The notes beneath the pieces are model-generated. The model saw nothing but the letters and a program-made list of their open reading frames with translations. It had not been told where the DNA came from and did not search any database. A stretch of DNA of 58,178 nt, the filler included, from Jimgerdemannia flammicorona (taxonomy: Eukaryota): the NCBI GenBank assembly GCA_003990765.1. It is 3 parts of 3 records of this genome, joined end to end, with 100 filler letters (N's around TTAATTAATTAA, not from the genome) between each part and the next. Parts side by side here need not be neighbours in the genome. Positions count along the whole stretch, not along the records: positions 1 to 19,331 come from RBNJ01001966.1; positions 19,432 to 38,755 come from RBNJ01001967.1; 1 more part is not named here. One strand, given 5' to 3'. The translations under genes and the position numbers were made by a program. Each line of letters begins with the position of its first letter. Positions within the stretch are counted from its first letter, which is position 1. Below are positions 13,200 through 25,198 of this stretch, one piece after another.

Positions 13200-13892
13200 A
13201 ACATCCTTGAGCCACTCAGATAGGCCGACTCATTATTCAGGAACATGTTCCAGGCGCGTCCGCGGTTCTCTCTAACCCAAACATGCAGCAGGTCCCGCTC
13301 GCGATCGGAGCGGCGTCTCCAGTAGCGCCCTGATCGCGCAGATCACCGAGGCCCCATGCCCCACGAGCAGGATCGCCCGCGGACCGGATGGATCGACGAG
13401 ACAACGTGTCGCACTGCCGGTCTTGGCACTGCTCCCTACTCTCCGCTCCCTGTGGGAACGTCATCGTTGGCTCGTAGGTCCCATCGATGCGAGGGAAGAG
13501 CGCACAGAGTGTCTCCAAGCTTGCAGAGTCGCTGTAAGTGGAAATAAAAAGTACTATGTCAATCAATAGGTCAGCGAAAAAAAAAAATTGACACTCCCAA
13601 TCGAACGAGTCGATCTGGTGACACTCAACACTCCCCTCAACCATACACAGCGTTTTGAACCCTCACCTCAATCCGTTCTCGACGTGGATGGCCAGATCAA
13701 GCTTCTCGGCGATGCTATTGGTGGTCTGTAGGCACCTGTAGAAGGGCGAGCAGTATATTCATCCGTTGAATTCCCTTATCGCGCAGGAACACCGCTAACT
13801 CCTCCGCCTGCCGGACGCTCACGTCAGCCAAAGGCGGGTGTGATCTAATCGGCGCGGAAACCATGGCGCGTGACGTATATCTTTTCTATCAT
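13200..13892 (-). pseudogene. Histidine phosphatase / phosphoglycerate-mutase-family pseudogene (Tfc7/Tau55-like)
   Basis: MIEKIYVTRHGFRAD* (RHG motif, TAG where Trp is expected), then HPPLADVSVRQAEELA, IYCSPFYRCLQT, HVENGL and ILLVGHGASVI. The segments lie in different frames without splice signals. Confidence 0.8.
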
Positions 13893-16661
13893 ATTGTAAG
13901 TTCAACCGTTGCTTGCCTGCGCATCAAACAAACCGCCAACCACAGAACAGTTTCACCTCCAGTCTCGCCCGATCGGGAAATATTTCATTGTAAGACCGCG
14001 TCGGGGATTGTGGGCATGATATTACCGGAAAAGACCCCGTGAGGCCCGGCTATAGACTCCATTCTTCAGTAGTTCCGTGGGCGGTCACTGTTTATGAATT
14101 CCTGAATTTAGTGAGTAGGTGCAACGTGTGTCACACACACTCCGTTGCTAGCGTACACACGGGTCCGAGCTCCCGGATACTTTCCACCAGCCACTTAGTT
14201 GGAGGTTTGTTTCACATGTCTGCTCTTGAATGACCGTAGGCGGATAACAAGAAGGACCCAAGAAAGGTGACGGATGTCTAAAGATCATCGGATTGTCCGA
14301 AGCCCCGTGCATGTCCCTTAGGCAAACCCCATGTTTTCTGTCTGGTGCGCGCCGCTCGTCCCTAAGGGTCCACGTTACCGAAATGAAACCCAGCTCGGCG
14401 CCTGGTCCATTCGCAGAAACCGATCCAAATCCTGACTGTTCTCCACTACTGCAAAGCGTTCAAGTGGGAGGATTTTTCTAGCCAGAGAACAAGGTTTTTT
14501 CGATTTGCGGAGCGGAAACGAAAGTACTGGTCTCTACTTCAACGGCTCACGTGAGTCCAACCTTGGTCGTTCGACGCCAGCTGCAGTTTTTGGTCCTTTC
14601 TCAACATGTAAAAGTCAGGTTGGGCTGTCCGAATCCCCGAAAACTCAACAATGGCGTAAGTGTGTTTTTTGGGGGTACGTACGTAGTCTGTCTTTTTTGT
14701 TGTCCTCATGATTATTGTTTGTTTGTGTGCACGTTTTGACCGTGTTTTTCTCTGATGTTACCAACTATGTATTCCCCCTTCTCGTTTGTTTGTATACACC
14801 TACTTTTCTGAGCCACTTCTTCTGATTCTTCTTTTGGTGCAAGACTGGCACGACACTACCGTTAGTGATGCGTTAGTGCGTCCACCCCCAAAAAACAATA
14901 TGGTTTTTCTCCGTACTAAGGTGACTTCTGTTTTCCCATTCCTCGGATCGGTTCCGGCAATAACATGGGTCATCACTCGCGTGTGACATGTTCCACAGTC
15001 GCAACATGCGCGAGTCGACAAAACGTCAGCACACAGATGGAAGGGTGCACCGTAATGTTACTTTGGGAAGGTTTATGACGAGTTTTTCGAGAAGGGAGGG
15101 CCCCTATATTTTTTATGACGGATCATCGAAGATGTCATTATGTCAGACATTTATTTCATGACGTGACAGTACTTTCCGGTTGTATTAAATGCACTATACA
15201 GTCATCGGCGGGGGACCCGACAGGGATACAGAGAATATGGTTGGAAGAAAGTCTAGCTACTACCCTTCTCTTTCAGAATTGGTCTAGATTCTGGAAAGGC
15301 AGCAAAAAAAAAAAAAAAAGCAGCTCGCAAGGGGTGTGTGGCAGGACGTTTCCGTAATAACCGTCTGAGTTTCCGTCATTTTGGGCCCGTTCCGTGTTTG
15401 GCCGCCGCGGAGAGGTTTTCCTGTCTTTGCAGCGGTGTTTTAATTTTGCCACTACCGCTTACCAGTGTTCGGTGTTCAGCTTCAGGACCACTACGAAAAA
15501 GGCCGATGTATCCATTTCATCATTTTCTTCGCCCTTTTCGGCGGCTTGTCCCTCAAACAACTCTAACGGGACAGTCCGAGGTTTGTCCCAAAGTGGTGGC
15601 TGGGAGTCATTCCGGTATGGTGCAGTCTGCAACAAACATTTTTTCGACGGGCGCACAGAGGACGCTGTGAAGAGAAAAATTTTTCAGGTCAGCCGACTTG
15701 TCCCAGGTGCACCTGACTTGACATGTGGCGGGGAATCCGTTTCGGGCGATTTTACCGTTAATGAGGATAGAGGCAATGGGTCGTCATTAGTTATGTAAGT
15801 CGGGATGTTGGAAATGAAGCCGAAGGTGAGCACGCGAGGAAAGGGGACGGGAAAGTGGTGTTTCCGTAAGAAAGGGCAGGCCGAGTAGGCCACACTTACA
15901 GCCAAGATCCAACGGTGAAGGGTGTCATTGTTCGTTTAAACTTTCAGTAACCCGGACACGTAAACTATTTGCAATAAGGAAGCCCTAACCCTGCCCATTT
16001 CGGAGACGGCTCTATAGATTTGAAATGTCCGTTTAGTTGCTGTGCGTGGAAACCGGTTTTCCGACTGGCGAGCCGGTGTTTAAGGGGAGCAAGGTGTTGG
16101 TCGTGACGATCAATTCGGAGATCCCCAAGCCGTATTCGCGCACACCCCGCGCACGCAGCGGTGGGGGTGGGGGACAATGTTGCGGGCCCAGCACGTCCAC
16201 GCGGGAGGTACCCCACTAGACTAACTGACACAGGAATCATTAAGAAAAAAAACCTTTTTTTTTTTTGTGACCTCATTCAGTCAGTCCCCCTATTCATTGA
16301 GGGCAGGACAAGAGTGCGGCACATGAGCAAATCGCAATAATATAAACAGACGCTCGTTGACAAGTGTGGATTGCCTTTAGCGGGTTATTAAAATTAGTCC
16401 CAGTTAGCTGACAGGTCCTTATGAGGAATTCTTGTGTGTCCAAGTTTTGAGGCCCGCCGTGTAACCACAAAGGTTCCACAGAATGCCTTGTTGATGCCAG
16501 CCGACACAAACAGTGCTACAAGCCTGTGTAAGCCACACAACCTCCGGCACAACAGATCTGGGGATAGTCGGTTTCCTGTTCGGGCCCTCTGCTGGCAGGC
16601 CGGATAGCAAATGCGGTCGGTGATTTTGTGCCTCCTGTGGTGCCTGGGGGTGCCCCCGACA

Positions 16662-16670
16662 AATATATAA
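16662..16670 (+). promoter_or_regulatory. Putative TATA box of the homeodomain gene
   Basis: AATATATAA ~155 bp upstream of the ATG at 16821, followed by a pyrimidine/AC-rich leader. Confidence 0.4.
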
Positions 16671-16820
16671 GCTAAATGCTTAGGAGAAAATTGTTTTCCC
16701 TCGTTTTCAACTCACACATCTCTAGTGCCCTACTGTTTACTTAAGGCATCTCCACCGAGTGCTCCTCATCTCATACAAATATCCCCCATATCCTTATCCC
16801 TATAACAACATATTATTATC

Positions 16821-18423
16821 AATGGCAACAGCCTTCTATCCCGGTGAATACCTTTTCGACCATCAGATCTTCGATGATGGCTTCAAGGGAGCTTATTCCT
16901 CGTTTCTGCACGAAGACATGGCCGCCTTCAACGAAGTGAGCCACCACGAGTCTTTCGCGGACGCGTCCATCCCCGAGCGTATCGAAGACCCTACTCACAC
17001 ATCCTACTGTGAGCAGCCCGACTTCAATACCTCGCTGCTGGCGTTCTCTGCCACCTATGGGCAATCCAACTTGGGTTACACTCCCATTGCCGCGCACCCC
17101 TATGAACATGACTACAACTCGCCATACTTCTACCAGACCCCGCGACACGTCGATATGCCCAACCTGAAGCACTACGAACGTCGACCACTCACCATCGACA
17201 CCCATGATCACTCTTACCTCCACGCTGACACATGCGAGCTCGTCCCTCCCCCGGTGCTCTCGCCCACGCAACTCGGCTACCCCGAATCCGCTTCCGATGT
17301 CGATGACACAAGCAGCGAAGGATCCTCCGAACCCCATGAGTACTATGCTCCCGAAGTACAAGATATTCCCGATGCTCATCCCTCGATGGACCTGGCCAGC
17401 CCCGTCGGAGCGCCAGACCAGTTGTCCGGTTCTGAGTACGAGCTCTTCCGCCGCCACCCCCACTTCAACCTCTGGACCCAGCTGTCCTCTTCCTACACCG
17501 CCTCGTGCTCGCTGTCTAGCGACCGGAGGTCGCCTTCCCTCCTTACTTACATCGAGTCCCTCACCCAGAGCGCCTTCCACAACCTTGAGCTCGACACCTC
17601 CATGCACCCCTACGACAGTGTCATCCGTACTCGCATCATCGGCCTCCTCGAGGTCCTCATTGAGATGGTTGACTGTGGCCGTGAACGCATGCACTCCGGC
17701 GAGGATGACGAGTCCGCTGACATCGTCGATCTCAACATTGCCCGCTCTGACTTCTCCAACACCGCGAGTCCGACCATGACCACCATCACCCCGGATACCC
17801 TCAAGGCCTACTCTCCCATTAAGGAGGAGAGCGACTCCGACGACGCCGACGACGACGACGAGTGCCACTCTGGCGACAGCGACGCCGCCTGCAGCCCCAG
17901 CCCTGTCATGCACTCCCTCAAGCGCGTTAAGCGCGAGTTGCCCAAGGATGACGACGAGGACGATGAGGATGACACCGAGGGTTCATCCTGCGAGCACCCT
18001 TCCAAGAAGAGGAAGACCCGCGAGAATTACGACCGCAAGACCACCAAGGTGCTCATGGACTGGTTCCTCCTCCACGACGGTGTCTCCCCTAACCAGAAGG
18101 CTAAGGACGAGCTCTCCAAGGCCACCGGCAAGACCCCCGCACAAAGTAAGCATACTTTTACACATTATCTCTTCAAGCAACATTCACACTCCCAAAGCGA
18201 AACAAGAAACTCATCGTCTCTCCTCTCCTCCCCTGCAGTTGCCACATGGTATCAGAACGCCCGCCGGCGCTACCAGCAGAAGCTTCAGCGCTTCCGCCAG
18301 CTTAACTCGCACCACCCCTCTATGGTCTATGACTACGAGAGCTTCGACGCCTATGTGAAGGGCAAGGAATCCGAGCCCTGCCGCAAGCGCAACAAGGGCA
18401 AGCCCGACAGCAAGAACGCATAA
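16821..18423 (+). CDS. Homeodomain transcription factor (atypical, TALE-like), 2 exons
   Basis: Exons 16821-18145 and 18239-18423 with a 93-nt GT-AG intron. Spliced domain KRKTRENYDRKTTKVLMDWFLLHDGVSPNQKAKDELSKATGKTPAQIATWYQNARRRYQ; long acidic N-terminus; strong C-ending codon bias. Confidence 0.88.
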
Positions 18424-19331
18424 ATATAACCCCTAATCTCATGCTGCTGCGCTTTGGTTGCGCGGCGATCCTTATACAAGCCCTCGCTGGAGTTTGGAGG
18501 GCTTGGAAGCTTCTCAAAAAAAAAACACAGAAAACGAAAACGTTTTTGTCGCATCTACAGACGGCGGCTGTTTATATGGAGGAGTATGATGAAAGACAAT
18601 TAGACGATTATACAATTTTTGTTGGGTTTCCTCTACTTTCCTTTACATATTTCCTTTTCTCTTTAGACCTGTGAGACAAAAACTTGTATAAATCGATCTC
18701 TGTATACTTTTCCTTGATTTTTCTTTTCTTTTTTCTTTTTGCCGCTGGACACTTTTTTACATACTGCTTTTCTCTTGTACAATCCCCTTGTTTTTTTTTT
18801 ATCGTTTGCAATGTTTCTTTTTTCTCTGTTCTCTGCTTTCTCGCTAGTAAACCAAGGCTCGTTACATAGGCATGTACCATACATATTTATTCTATCGTCT
18901 CAGCCTTCTAGTTTTTGCTTTCTCTCTGTATTTCTGTCTTTCTTTCTCGTGTATTCTGTCGCCTGTACTGTACTGTATTTCTGCCTGTTTCCTATTTTCA
19001 AAAAAAAAAAAAAACACACCTAACAAAAGTTGCCTTCTTGGCTTTGTTTTGGCTTTGCCAATCCCAAACCTATTCGTTCTCCACGTTTCCCCCTTTTTTT
19101 TTCAAATGAGTGACATGCAGTCTAAAGTGACACATGAAAACGCCAAAGCCAAAAATTCTTGTGCGGCTTATCCGCTATCTGAACAAAAAGTAGGTGAACA
19201 CAAGGTTGGGTAGCGACGAATCACTTAAGGGGTACGACCCAACCTTGGCGGCGGGAGTACAAGGTAGAATTGTCATTGTGACAGGGCCGCGGCCGTTCCG
19301 TCGACAGGGGTATGTATTGGGAGGACAACGA

Positions 19332-19431
19332 NNNNNNNNNNNNNNNNNNNNNNNNNNNNNNNNNNNNNNNNNNNNTTAATTAATTAANNNNNNNNNNNNN
19401 NNNNNNNNNNNNNNNNNNNNNNNNNNNNNNN
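19332..19431. other. Artificial scaffold gap/linker
   Basis: 44 N + TTAATTAATTAA (stops in all six frames) + 44 N = 100 bp. Confidence 0.97.
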
Positions 19432-20513
19432 CCCTTACACTCTTATACTTGAAAACTAAATCCTAGTATCTGTATAGATATTTCTTGAAAAGTATCAATT
19501 TTAAAGCATGTGCCCTCATATCTGAAGAGACAGATATAGGTAATACAATTTCATTGACTATAACAATATTTGATTTATTCAGCTATATTGAAATACAGTC
19601 TCATCAAAAAAGAGGCCAAAATTTAGATAAAAAGTAGTATTTGCTCTTATACTATTATTATAGAAAGAGAGATTGTGGTTGCTGAACCAGATGAGTTCAT
19701 ACTCACTTATGATTTAAACTGAATTAATAGAAATCAGTCTCCATATATATAGAAGATTTATCTATAAATATCTCATCTCTTCTATATTAGACAATAGAAA
19801 AAACCTCTCTGATGAATATATCTATACATATCTTTACTTCTTTTATCAGAACATTATCAACAACTATCTAAGTATATTAGATACTATAGAATACTATTTA
19901 GGACCCTCTTATCAGTAGCTTTATCACATAGATACTACTTATATAGTATATTCTAAAACTGAACTAATATTTTATTAAATTTTATATTTTAATTATTTAA
20001 ATAAAAATACTTTATATAAATATATTATATTATATTATATTATAGTTTTATAAGAGATATTTAAAAATATTAAATTTATTATTTTTAAATTTTTATTTTA
20101 TCTTTAAAAAAAATTCTAAAAAAAATATTTATTAGTTCAGTTTTGGAATAAAATTATTTATAAATATTTTTTATTTAATAGATAGATAATAAATTGAGAT
20201 ATATATTTAAAACTTATTATAGTTATTCTATTAATATTTTTCTATAATTTCATATAATTTATTTTTTAAAATATATAAATATATATAATATATTATTAAT
20301 ATACTAAATTCAAAAATTAAAGTAATGATATTTTGTCTAAAGAAAACTATTTAAGTATACTTTCTACTTATAATAAATTATAATTTATTTATTAAATAGA
20401 TTAGTTATAATTTAAGATTATATAAATTATTATAGTATTAAATATATATATAAGAATAACAGAAGAATATACAGAACAGACTGATATTAGATGACTGGAA
20501 GTATAGTATTCTC

Positions 20514-22813
20514 TTTTTTTTTTTTTTTTTTTTTTTAACAGACTTAAAGTCTTGCAGATTTTTATTAGAAGAAAATCTAGACTATATAGGCTAAAACTCT
20601 CTTCTACTATCCACTGAGTACTATACTCTTATTTAATCTAAACTAGCTATTATTCAGTAGCTCAATCATATTAAATATAGTAGGACAAAATTGCTTATAT
20701 CTCATTCTGTATACTATGTTCTTTCTACTATCAGAAAGTAAACAACTATATACTTATGACTAAAGGTGCATATCTGAAATCTCAATATATATATAAGACT
20801 ATATCTAAGCTAATTTATATAGCCTCCACTATTCCAAAAGAAGTAATAGGTAAAGAAAAACCCTCCTTAAAGTACAGAATAGTAGATAGAATCTAGTTTT
20901 CTCCAATGAGATGAGTAGAAAACTTATATAAGATGAGAAGAGATCCTCAATATCATACTACTCAAGCCTGTGGGTCTCAATTTTATTACTATATCAGCTC
21001 TTAGTTCCAGTTAAGTATAACTAAGATATCTGATCTGAGTAGCCTCAGACCTCCTGACTATCTCTAATAACTGGGATCCAATCTTATATATTACTAAAAG
21101 TAGCTAAGAGTAATACATATCTACTATCTAACTATCTCTTACTAATTAGAAGACCCTACTGATATATATGTAGCACTCACTTTAGCTCTGATAACTACCT
21201 CTAGCCTAGCACTCTACTGGTTTATTGTAATTATTCTTCCTCTTATCTGTAATGATCATCTCCTCTCTCATCTTGACTCTATCTGAAAAACAGTTACCTA
21301 CACCAGCACTGTACTCACCAGAAAGCTTTCCAAAGCCCAGAGGGCTCCATCAAAGATACTGAGGATCTATAGATAATCTATACTTGTACTTGATACCCAA
21401 GGTCAGTTGATACTCTATATAGTTCATAATATACTAAGATAATATCTTATTGATGACAGTAAAAGAAAGAAGAGACCATATTAAAATAAGTATATCCTAG
21501 ATATAGTCAGAGATATCAGAAATTATGAAAAAGTAGAGAAAGCATAGATCTAATACTAATAAAGAGACAACTCATCACTATTGCCTCCCTCTCACTATAC
21601 ATATCTTTATAGATATAGCAAACCAATCTGAGATAGAAGAGATAAAGTCAGCTCCTTTCTCCGCTACCTTTCTGGTTACAAGGTTTGGTAGACAACCTTC
21701 TAAGTCCCCTTTCCCCTATTATTACCCCCTCTATCTCAGGTTGGTTTGCTGTACCTACAGAGGCATGGTGGGAGGAGGGCAATAGTGATAAGTTGTCCCT
21801 TTATCAGTATCAGATCAGTGCTTCCTCCACTTTTTCACAGATTCTGGTGCCTTCAGCTATATCTGGGGTATACCTGTTTTGGTGCAGTGCCTTCTTCCTT
21901 TTGCTGTCACCAACAAGGAGTTGTCTTGGTGTATCTTGGGCTACATAAGGAGTCAGCTGACCTTAGGCATCAAGTGCTCAGTGTAGGTTACCTGCAGGTC
22001 CTCAGTGCCTGTGGTAGGGCCCTCTGGCTTTGGCGAGCTTCCTGGCAAGTATGGTTCTGGCATAGGTGACTGTTTTTTGGGTGTTGTTGGGATGGGAGGG
22101 GAGATGGCCATCATAGATAGGAAGAAGGGCAATAATGGTAAACCAGTAGAGTGCCAGGCTGGGGGCAGTCATTGGGGCTGGGGCAGGTACTGCTTTGGTG
22201 GGGTCTTTTGATTGGTGCAGCACAGTTAGGTGGTAGGTATCACTATCAGCTTCTTTTGACGGTCAGCGGGGTTGGGCCCCAGTCATCAAGGGGGGTCAAG
22301 AGGCCCAAGGCTACCCATTTCAGGCATCTTAGCTGCACTCAACTAGAACCAGGAGCTGATATAGCAATATGATCAAGACCTGCAGGCTTGAGTAGTGAGG
22401 TATTGGGGGTTTCCTTCTGCCTCATGTGTAAGTTCTTTACTCACCTTGACTGGGAGAACCAGGCCCTACCTACCATATTGTGCTTTGATGAGAGTTTTTC
22501 TTTGCCTGTCATTCTCTTTGGGGTAGCAGGGGCTATTCTATTTGGCTCGGGCATGGCCTTATATATATGTTGGGTTCTCAGGCATGCACTTTCAGTCATT
22601 GGCATATGATTGGGTTTCCCCTGGTGGTAGGGAGAGCATGGTGTGTAGAATGAGGTGCAGGCCTAATTAGCCCTGCTGCACCTGATATAGTCGAGCTGCT
22701 GGATAATAGCTAGCCTAGGTTAATGGGGGGACAGTGCTTGGTAGGTGGTGGGGGAGGGTTTTGGCCTATATAGTCTAGGTTCCCTTCCAATAAAAATCTG
22801 TAGGACATGAGTC

Positions 22814-22849
<36 letters not shown>

Positions 22850-22931
22850 GAAGAGGTAAAGTAGAGAAAAGGAGACTTGGAAAGTTGCCTACCAATCTTA
22901 TGATCAGTATGGTAGTAGAGAAATAGATAAA
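20514..22931 (-). mobile_element. PolyA retroposon family B copy 1 (older, split by copy 2)
   Basis: PolyT at 20514-20536; body 20537-21648; 5' end resumes at 22863-22931; TSD TATAGTAT(T/C)CTCT at 20502-20514 and 22934-22946. Confidence 0.85.
21649..22847 (+). mobile_element. PolyA retroposon family B copy 2 (youngest, full length ~1.2 kb)
   Basis: 30-A tail at 22818-22847; AATAAA at ~22789; 16-bp TSD ATAGAAGAG(A/G)TAAAGT at 21633-21648 and 22847-22862; no recognisable coding capacity. Confidence 0.9.
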
Positions 22932-23799
22932 TATATAGTATCCTCTAATAAAACAAAATCAACTACTTTAGATCTTATATAATATATATATCTTTTTCTA
23001 TTATCTTTAAATTTTATAATCAATTGATGTTATATAACTTTTTTCATATTGAAAATACTTTAAACTGACTATAAATACTCAAACAGTATATTATTATTAT
23101 CTCAAATCTCTAAGATACTATAAAATTGAATCAAAGATATAAAATATCACTTAATATAAGTTATATAATATTAATTGACTAAAATTTGAAGATAATAGAA
23201 AAAGACAAGAATCTAAAATAATTGATTTTTGTTTTATTAGAGGATACTATATACTTCTAGTTACCTAATATCAGTCTGTTCTGTACAGTATCTATTTATT
23301 CTCCTATTATTCTTATAATATATTTAATACTATAATCAATTTATTTAATAAATAAATTATAATTTATTATAAGTAGAAAGTATACTTAAATAGTCTTCTT
23401 TAAATAAAATATCATTGCTTTAATATTTGAATTCAGTATATTAATAATATATTATATATATTTATATATATTTAAGGAAAGTTTTTTTATTATTTTTTTA
23501 AAAGATAAAATAAATGAGATTTTAAAAAAATAAATTATATAAGATTATAGAGAAATGTTATAAGAATAACTATAATAAGGTTTAAATATATATCTCAATT
23601 TATTATCTATCTATTAAATAAAGAATATTTATAAATAATTTTATTTTAAAACTAAACTAATATTTTTAAATACTTCTAATATAAAACTATAATATATTAT
23701 AATATAAAATATATTTATATAGAGTATTTTTATTTAAATAACTAAAATATAAAATTTAATAAAATATTAGTTTAGTTTTGAAATATACTGTATTATATA

Positions 23800-25198
23800 A
23801 AGATGATAAGATTTGTAAGTTTCTTAGTACTGATGATGGTAAAGTCAGCAAGCTCAATCTTTCAAAAAGTATAACTAATATTATTTGATATGACCTAGAG
23901 AATATTATATCTTTTTTTTTTTTTTAGAAAACAAGTATATAGATTAATAGTTAAAATAAATTAGATAAGAAAACTATTAAAGTATAAGTCTTTATAGTTA
24001 TAAATTGATAAAATAGATATCATCTGATATAGAAAATAATAGTCTATAAGATAAAAATACTGAATAGATAAATATTACTAAATAAGATAGATATATAATA
24101 GTAGTATTATAATTAGAGTCAAAGAGATTAAGTATATAGAGAGTAGTTAGTAGATACAAGAGGGTATATTCTGATATACTATTATATTATTCATTATCCT
24201 ACAATATCTCTAGCTCAAGTATCTCAAGATAATAGTAGCTATTAAAAAGCTGAGTAAGAGAATATTGATTAATATATATAATATAAGATAGTTATAGATT
24301 AATAATAAGAAAATAAATATTAAATATTATACTTCTACTATAGTTATATAGTTCTAACCAGCAAGACTTCTGTTTTTATTAATAGTATTATAGTATGGAT
24401 CTAGCTTATTATAAAGGTAGTGGGAATTAATATTATATAGTAAGATCTGATGATAGAGTACTTAAGTAGCTTTAGTATCAAAACTATAGCTAACTAAAGT
24501 ACAGGGGTGAAGACTGATATAATGTAACTTAGGGCTATTCTTTTATAATTAGAGAATATCAGAGAGATACTCTAGAATAATATAGAAAATATCATTATAA
24601 ATAATAAAAGATTAATCTGCTCTTTACTAAAAAAAATAAACCAAAAAATCTAAATATATATATATTTATATATATATCTAACTAAGATTAGCTAATAGAA
24701 TATACTATAGAATTCTACTATATCTATAATTATATATAATATTTGCTGTGAGATAGGCTAGTGATAGATAATTAGAAGATCTAGTTCTGCTCTCTATGAT
24801 AAGAAGTGGAAAGATATGAGAGAGCTGCTTTAGATGAGAAGAGTTGATAAATTATAGTATATATAAGAGATTCTGGTAGGATATTGTAGAGGTCTAGCTG
24901 GCTATGAGGTTGACAGAGCCTAAAGTTGAAGAGGAGGTAGGTACTAGACAGTAGTGATAGAGATTAGAGCTACTCCAGATTGGTGGCAGAATATTAGAGA
25001 AGTATTCCTTGAAAGAGGTCATAAAATGAGCTAGAATAGAGCCTCTTGAGAGATAGTCAGTAGATTGGTAAGCTGCTGGAATTGGTGAGATATAAGAGTG
25101 AGAACAGATTTAGCATTAGATAACTACTTTATACTAAGTAGTATCCTCTTGATACTGGATCATATAGTAGTAGTTTTTGAGGAAAAATGTAATACTGA
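23800..25198. mobile_element. Heavily decayed transposon relic, host of the LTR insertion (continues at 35645-~37900)
   Basis: AT-rich and CpG-free, with similar purine-skewed composition on both sides of the ACTGA target duplication. Confidence 0.45.

Larger units (their letters stand above)
19944..23790. mobile_element. Long-TIR non-autonomous DNA element (Tc1/mariner-type MITE/foldback), interrupted by retroposons
   Basis: 19944-20513 plus 22934-22976 is the reverse complement of ~23210-23790. Ends are TA|(T/C)AGTATATT...AATATACTG|TA, consistent with a TA target duplication. Confidence 0.7.

Noticed and set aside
13845..13847. TAG at a Trp position in the PGAM gene as an A-to-I editing or readthrough site
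   Set aside because: Several nearby frameshifts show ordinary pseudogenisation.
16819..17913. 364-aa antisense ORF to the homeodomain gene, and similar antisense ORFs over TAF1, ARG4 and RdRP
   Set aside because: Shadow frames produced by GC-rich codon bias of the real genes; no motifs.
19332..19431. TTAATTAATTAA palindrome flanked by Ns (also 38756-38855)
   Set aside because: The identical 44N+12+44N construct with six-frame stops is an assembly spacer; adjacency across it is not biological evidence.
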